Source of the DNA: Hormiphora californensis
Taxonomy: Eukaryota; Animalia; Ctenophora
DNA length: 64,000 bases
Reading direction: 5' to 3'
NCBI GenBank assembly: GCA_020137815.1
Contig: CM035353.1
Span: 5,518,001 to 5,582,000 of the forward strand
The notes under the pieces were generated by a model. That model saw only the letters and a list, made by a program, of their open reading frames with translations. It made no database searches and was not told where the DNA came from. Of this stretch, positions 59,640-64,000 are shown piece after piece; the first letter of the stretch is position 1; the number at the start of each line of letters is the position of its first letter. A program made the position numbers and the translations under genes.

Positions 59640-62480
59640 ATCACCCAATTCAACTTCTCACCGGGAAGCCGCTGAAACATTTTTGGGGCGCATCCCCCCT
59701 AAAATGCAGATAAAACAAAGCGGTCCCAGAACCACCTACACTAGCTTACTACTCATCTTCATTTACCCCTCTAAACATATTTGCGATGTAAGGGCCTTTT
59801 AGCGTGCCCGCTTTTGGGTATTGCGTTACAAGCTCAACAGAAGATAATTGAAATTCACTTTCCCTTCACGGGTTCCGTACCAGAAAAACAAAGAAGAAAA
59901 TTTTGCATAAAAACCCTGTTTCACCTTCACCCTCTAATTGTTTTTTTTAATCGATTCAAACCTTTCTATCTTTTATGGAATAAAGGCAATTGTGTGAAAT
60001 TTGAAAACCCTTTTTACCAAATTAACCTGGCAACGCCTTCAAAAAAGTTAACTCCTACAAACAAATCTGCATTAAAATCCGATACTTTCTGTTTTTCAAA
60101 CTTTTCAAAAACTACTTTTAAACAAAAATTTGAGGTGGTGCCACGCCCCCAACCCCCTAGACCATGTCCCTCTGGATTATGTCCAAAGACCAAGGGGAGG
60201 AAAAAAAACAATGATGCTGTTATGGAAACTGCGAGTACATCCTGATGCCAGCAGTGAGGGGAAAGGTTTGCTGAAAGGGCCCACAAATTCAAAATTTAAG
60301 GGCAAAACCAACGGAAAAAAAATTTTTGAAGGCCAAGGGAAACCCTCCTGCAAATCTGAGTTCCTTGGAGGAAACCCCTAAAAGATGCAGGCCCCCTATT
60401 ACAGGGCACAGAAAAACTAGTTGACGATAAATGGCTATGAGGGAAGTTTCCTCAACAATGCTCCAGTACCACAATACCCGCTAGAAAGGGATCCACCCGG
60501 GCCCAACCCCTTTGATGTGCAAGCTGTGGGGGTGTAGTCACAACTGTGACCGGGAAAGTCCCCCAAACCCTACGTGCCGGCTTCGTGTGGGTTTTTTTTC
60601 GGATGTATTAAGAACTTCAAATTTAACCTTATCGAAAAGACGGAAGGCTAACCACCCCTAGCCGGTTAGTGGAGGAATTTATTTTTCCCCATACCCAGGG
60701 AAGGGGACATAACCCTAGAAAAGGAAAAAGAAAATTTTCAAAAAAAGGAGGTCCGAAATTAAAACCCTTACAGGTATGCTCTTTTTATCTGAGAAGGAAG
60801 TGGCCCACACGGAAGGTCAGGTACTAAAAAAAGGAAAGGGGAAAGCTCCAAAAAACACCCCGGGAATCTCCCGGAAATCTCGAAAAAAACGGACTACCAG
60901 GGGTGAAGGGTGCCAAACCCAGGGGGGATTGTGGTTTTTTTCATCCCCCACTTGCCGATCCTCAGAAATTGAAGAGGAAATGCTACAATTGTCTTAAGAC
61001 CGACTGCCAGCACCAACATCTGATGCACACCAACGGAGTGAGGATGAAGGTGGGTGGCAGACCGCTGGGTCCCGAAACCGCAAACCCCCTGGTGAGGCCC
61101 AGACACACTCGGGGTCGAGATCCCCCTCGGGACGAAAACAAGCGTAACTCTCAAATGGGCCGCCCAAACGGAAAGCGGCGGAAATTCCGGTTCACCTTGG
61201 GGGATGAGACCCCTATTATGTTTAAACCACCCGCTTTTCCCGGGGTTCGTTGCCGCGCTTCGCGGGGGCCCTTGTGGGGGGGCCGCTCACCAACGGGTTT
61301 CCCCGGACGATCACATTACCCCCCATCCGGCGAGAGACCGAAAAAACAAGGAGGAGGATTTTTCGAGCCCTCTTGAGGGTTTCCCCCCAAATATACCAAC
61401 CATGGTGGCAAAAAAGTTCAACAAGCAGTTGAACAACACAAATTTTCTTGGAACCTGCCCCTGAGAACCGGCCCCCCCACAGCAATAGGCAGACAAAACG
61501 GAAAGATTTACTACGCTACCCCCTTTTAACGCAGGACCTGAATCCAGCGCCATTCACCATTCTAAATGGCAAACCGTTCCTGATCATTTGTTTTGGGGTC
61601 CCCAAACTTCCGATTTTAAAGGGACCCAAAACCCAGCTCCAGGGAAAAAACATGGATGTGACGACAGGCAACCGTAACTTCAAACCCGGAAAAATTTCCT
61701 AACGCAATTGTGAACGAGGCAACCCCGGTCTTTTTCGGTTTGCAGGGTTTTAAAATTTGACCCACAACCCGATTATTTTTGTCAAAACTGAATCCAATAC
61801 TATCCGCACCGGGGGTTTGTAGGCCTAGGGGTAAATAACCCACCGTTTCCCCCACATTTAAAGGGCAAACAAATTTGGGGGGAAGTGGTTGTTATGGCGA
61901 AAAACGGGCTGAATGGGGTCTCGTATTGAGGGGACTTCCCCTTTTGGGAGTTTTGAAAAGTGGTGAAAATAGACCCCAAACACAGATTCAAAAACCATGA
62001 ACCACTATTCTTTAAATCCTTGCCACCATCCCCCACCGTGGGTCACGGAAGGCAAGGTGGTCGGGACATAAAAACGAGTTCTACCAAACTCCATCGAAAA
62101 GGAACAAACAACCGAAAATAGCAAAACTTCTAAAGAAAGGGATCAAGCCGTTCAAAAGGGGGAAAACTAGAAAACTCGTCGCGGTCGAAGCTATTTAGCC
62201 TACCCCCGTGGGGCTGTGGCAGAATCCCTTTCTGAAAGTTTCCTGAAGTTGGGAAAGCGAAAAAGCCCCCATCTTCTGAAAGAAAAAAAAATATCTGGAA
62301 AATACCGACCGGTAGCACTGCCACCACTTTTCCAAAACCTTTGAATATGTGCGCAAGGTAACCTGAATTTGTTGAGGGGCAAGTATTCTAAACAAAAACA
62401 ACCCCGATTCGATCAGGACGAGCTGCCTTACTCCCTACTGAAAACACTTTTTCCCAAACCTGGAACCCAACCGGAGTTAA
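59640..62480 (+). mobile_element. Possible degraded or mis-called retroelement (DIRS/Ngaro-like?)
   Basis: Coding-like composition with a Cys/His knuckle (KCYNCLKTDCQHQHL) followed by weak RT-like fragments. Heavy homopolymer noise prevents assignment. Confidence 0.25.
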
Positions 62481-63256
62481 GTAAATTCCCTTTTTAATCG
62501 TAATTAAATTTTGGGGGTTTTTTTTCCCTACTACCCCCCGTAAAAATACCCCCCCCCGGACAATCCTTGTGGCCCCCCGGAAGGTTGGTTTTCCCTTTCC
62601 CTCCCCCCCTCCTCCTTCACTTTTTCATGCCACATCATTGCCCACGCGGATGCTTTTGCTGAGTGCGTTGTTATGATAGTGTATTGTAACTGAAACTTAT
62701 TTGTAAATCTTGTAAATCTTGTAAATCTAACATTGATCACTTGCTATCAACAAATCTCAGGTTTATCTCGTGCCAGATGATTCACAGAAATATTTTACCA
62801 ATCAGGACACTTGTACAGCTGGAGAAGACGTAAATGTATTTGGGTTTTGGTTTATTCAATTCCCTTGAGCACGCTGGTAAATCAGCGTTCGACTTTAACA
62901 TATCTAATTAACTTGAAAGCGTATGGTTGTCTATCTGCTACGAAATAGGTTTGGTAGTTGGTGATGCCGGTAGCGGGCTTCGTTTTCGCGCGCTACGTGC
63001 GCGAGTTGTAAGGGTGACTGCGTCACCAAGTTTGGTAGAGACGTTTTTGAAAATTTTGCATTGAGCTCCTTCAAAAATCAAATTGAAAGCTTGACTACAG
63101 CTCAGGACATCAAAATCAGCGCTACAATGGCGAAGAAATTACACAGAAAGCTTCAAAACACGCCTTTTTTAAACACAGCCTCAGAGATTTAGCCCTGACT
63201 TTATTGACCGTTTAATCATTGGAAAGTCCTCGATACTCTCTTCCCAACGAGCCTAA

Positions 63257-63860
63257 GGCTATAAGCATACTGATCGTGATGATCATAATCAGGTCAGTGT
63301 GCGGACGTTTTGATGGTCACCATCAAAGGAGCGCACACACTGATGTTTATCATCATGATGGAGGCTTGATGCATCATGATGTTCTCAAACCATAGTGTGT
63401 TCACGTTTGATCATCATGAACCATAGTGTGCTCACGTTTGATCATCATAAACCATGTTCAACTTGCTGGAACTTGCCTTTTGATCATGATCATCATGACC
63501 AGTGTGCTCAGCATGATGATGCTATCTCCCGGGAGCTCCCCCTTGTCTAGTCGCGCGCTCTGAGAGGCTGTTGCATATCACGTGACCTGTACAACAGCCT
63601 CTCGCGCGCGCGAAATCGTACCACGTGGTACATATCACATGACTACAGTGCAGCCCTCCACAAGAATAAGATCAAAACCTGCGCACACTAGGTGTTGATG
63701 ATCATCATCCAACTTAAGAGACGGCTCCAGGGCCAGCTCTTACGTGATGATCATAATGTTCCGCACACTGCAGTTTTTTGCAGATGATGATGATCAAAAC
63801 CATGAGCACACTTCATCTTTTTAACTGATTATGATCATCACGATCAGTATGCTTATAGCC
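63257..63860. mobile_element. 604-bp PIF/Harbinger (Tourist-like) MITE
   Basis: 36-bp perfect TIRs GGCTATAAGCATACTGATCGTGATGATCATAATCAG, TAA TSD on both sides, and a central imperfect palindrome at ~63552-63612. Confidence 0.92.
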
Positions 63861-64000
63861 TAAGATTGTGCGATGGCCGATGTGGACAAGAAATGACAGA
63901 GTTATTGCCAAAAAAGTCAAAATTTGACCATAAAAGGGATTTCACTCCACCGTTATCCAACTTATTTTCGATCGCAAGCATGCCGTAAGTCAAACAAAAC

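Overview
This is repeat-rich eukaryotic DNA with GT-AG introns, probably from a ctenophore (inferred from the LRR-less LDLa-GPCRs, not proven). Four genes are well supported: a 7-exon LDLa-rich class A GPCR (-, 16162-27702), GMP synthase (+, 29291-38160), CFAP107/C1orf158 (-, 42871-44377) and an intronless LDLa-GPCR (+, 47759-50050). Two ORFs are unidentified: 2261-3589, and 32531-33655, which is nested on the same strand inside a GMPS intron. The rest is LINE remnants, an R4/Dong-type element inside a GPCR intron, several TIR elements with TSDs, a head-to-tail Helitron-like array, palindromes and mini/microsatellites. Stretches at about 21.9-26.7, 37.0-39.8 and 57.0-62.6 kb look like low-quality consensus with inflated homopolymers. 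The best leads are GMPS minisatellites that are amplified 3' splice signals, the nested LEM-like ORF, the Helitron concatemer and the GPCR architecture. All gene models were assembled by eye with exon phases checked; no database searches were run.
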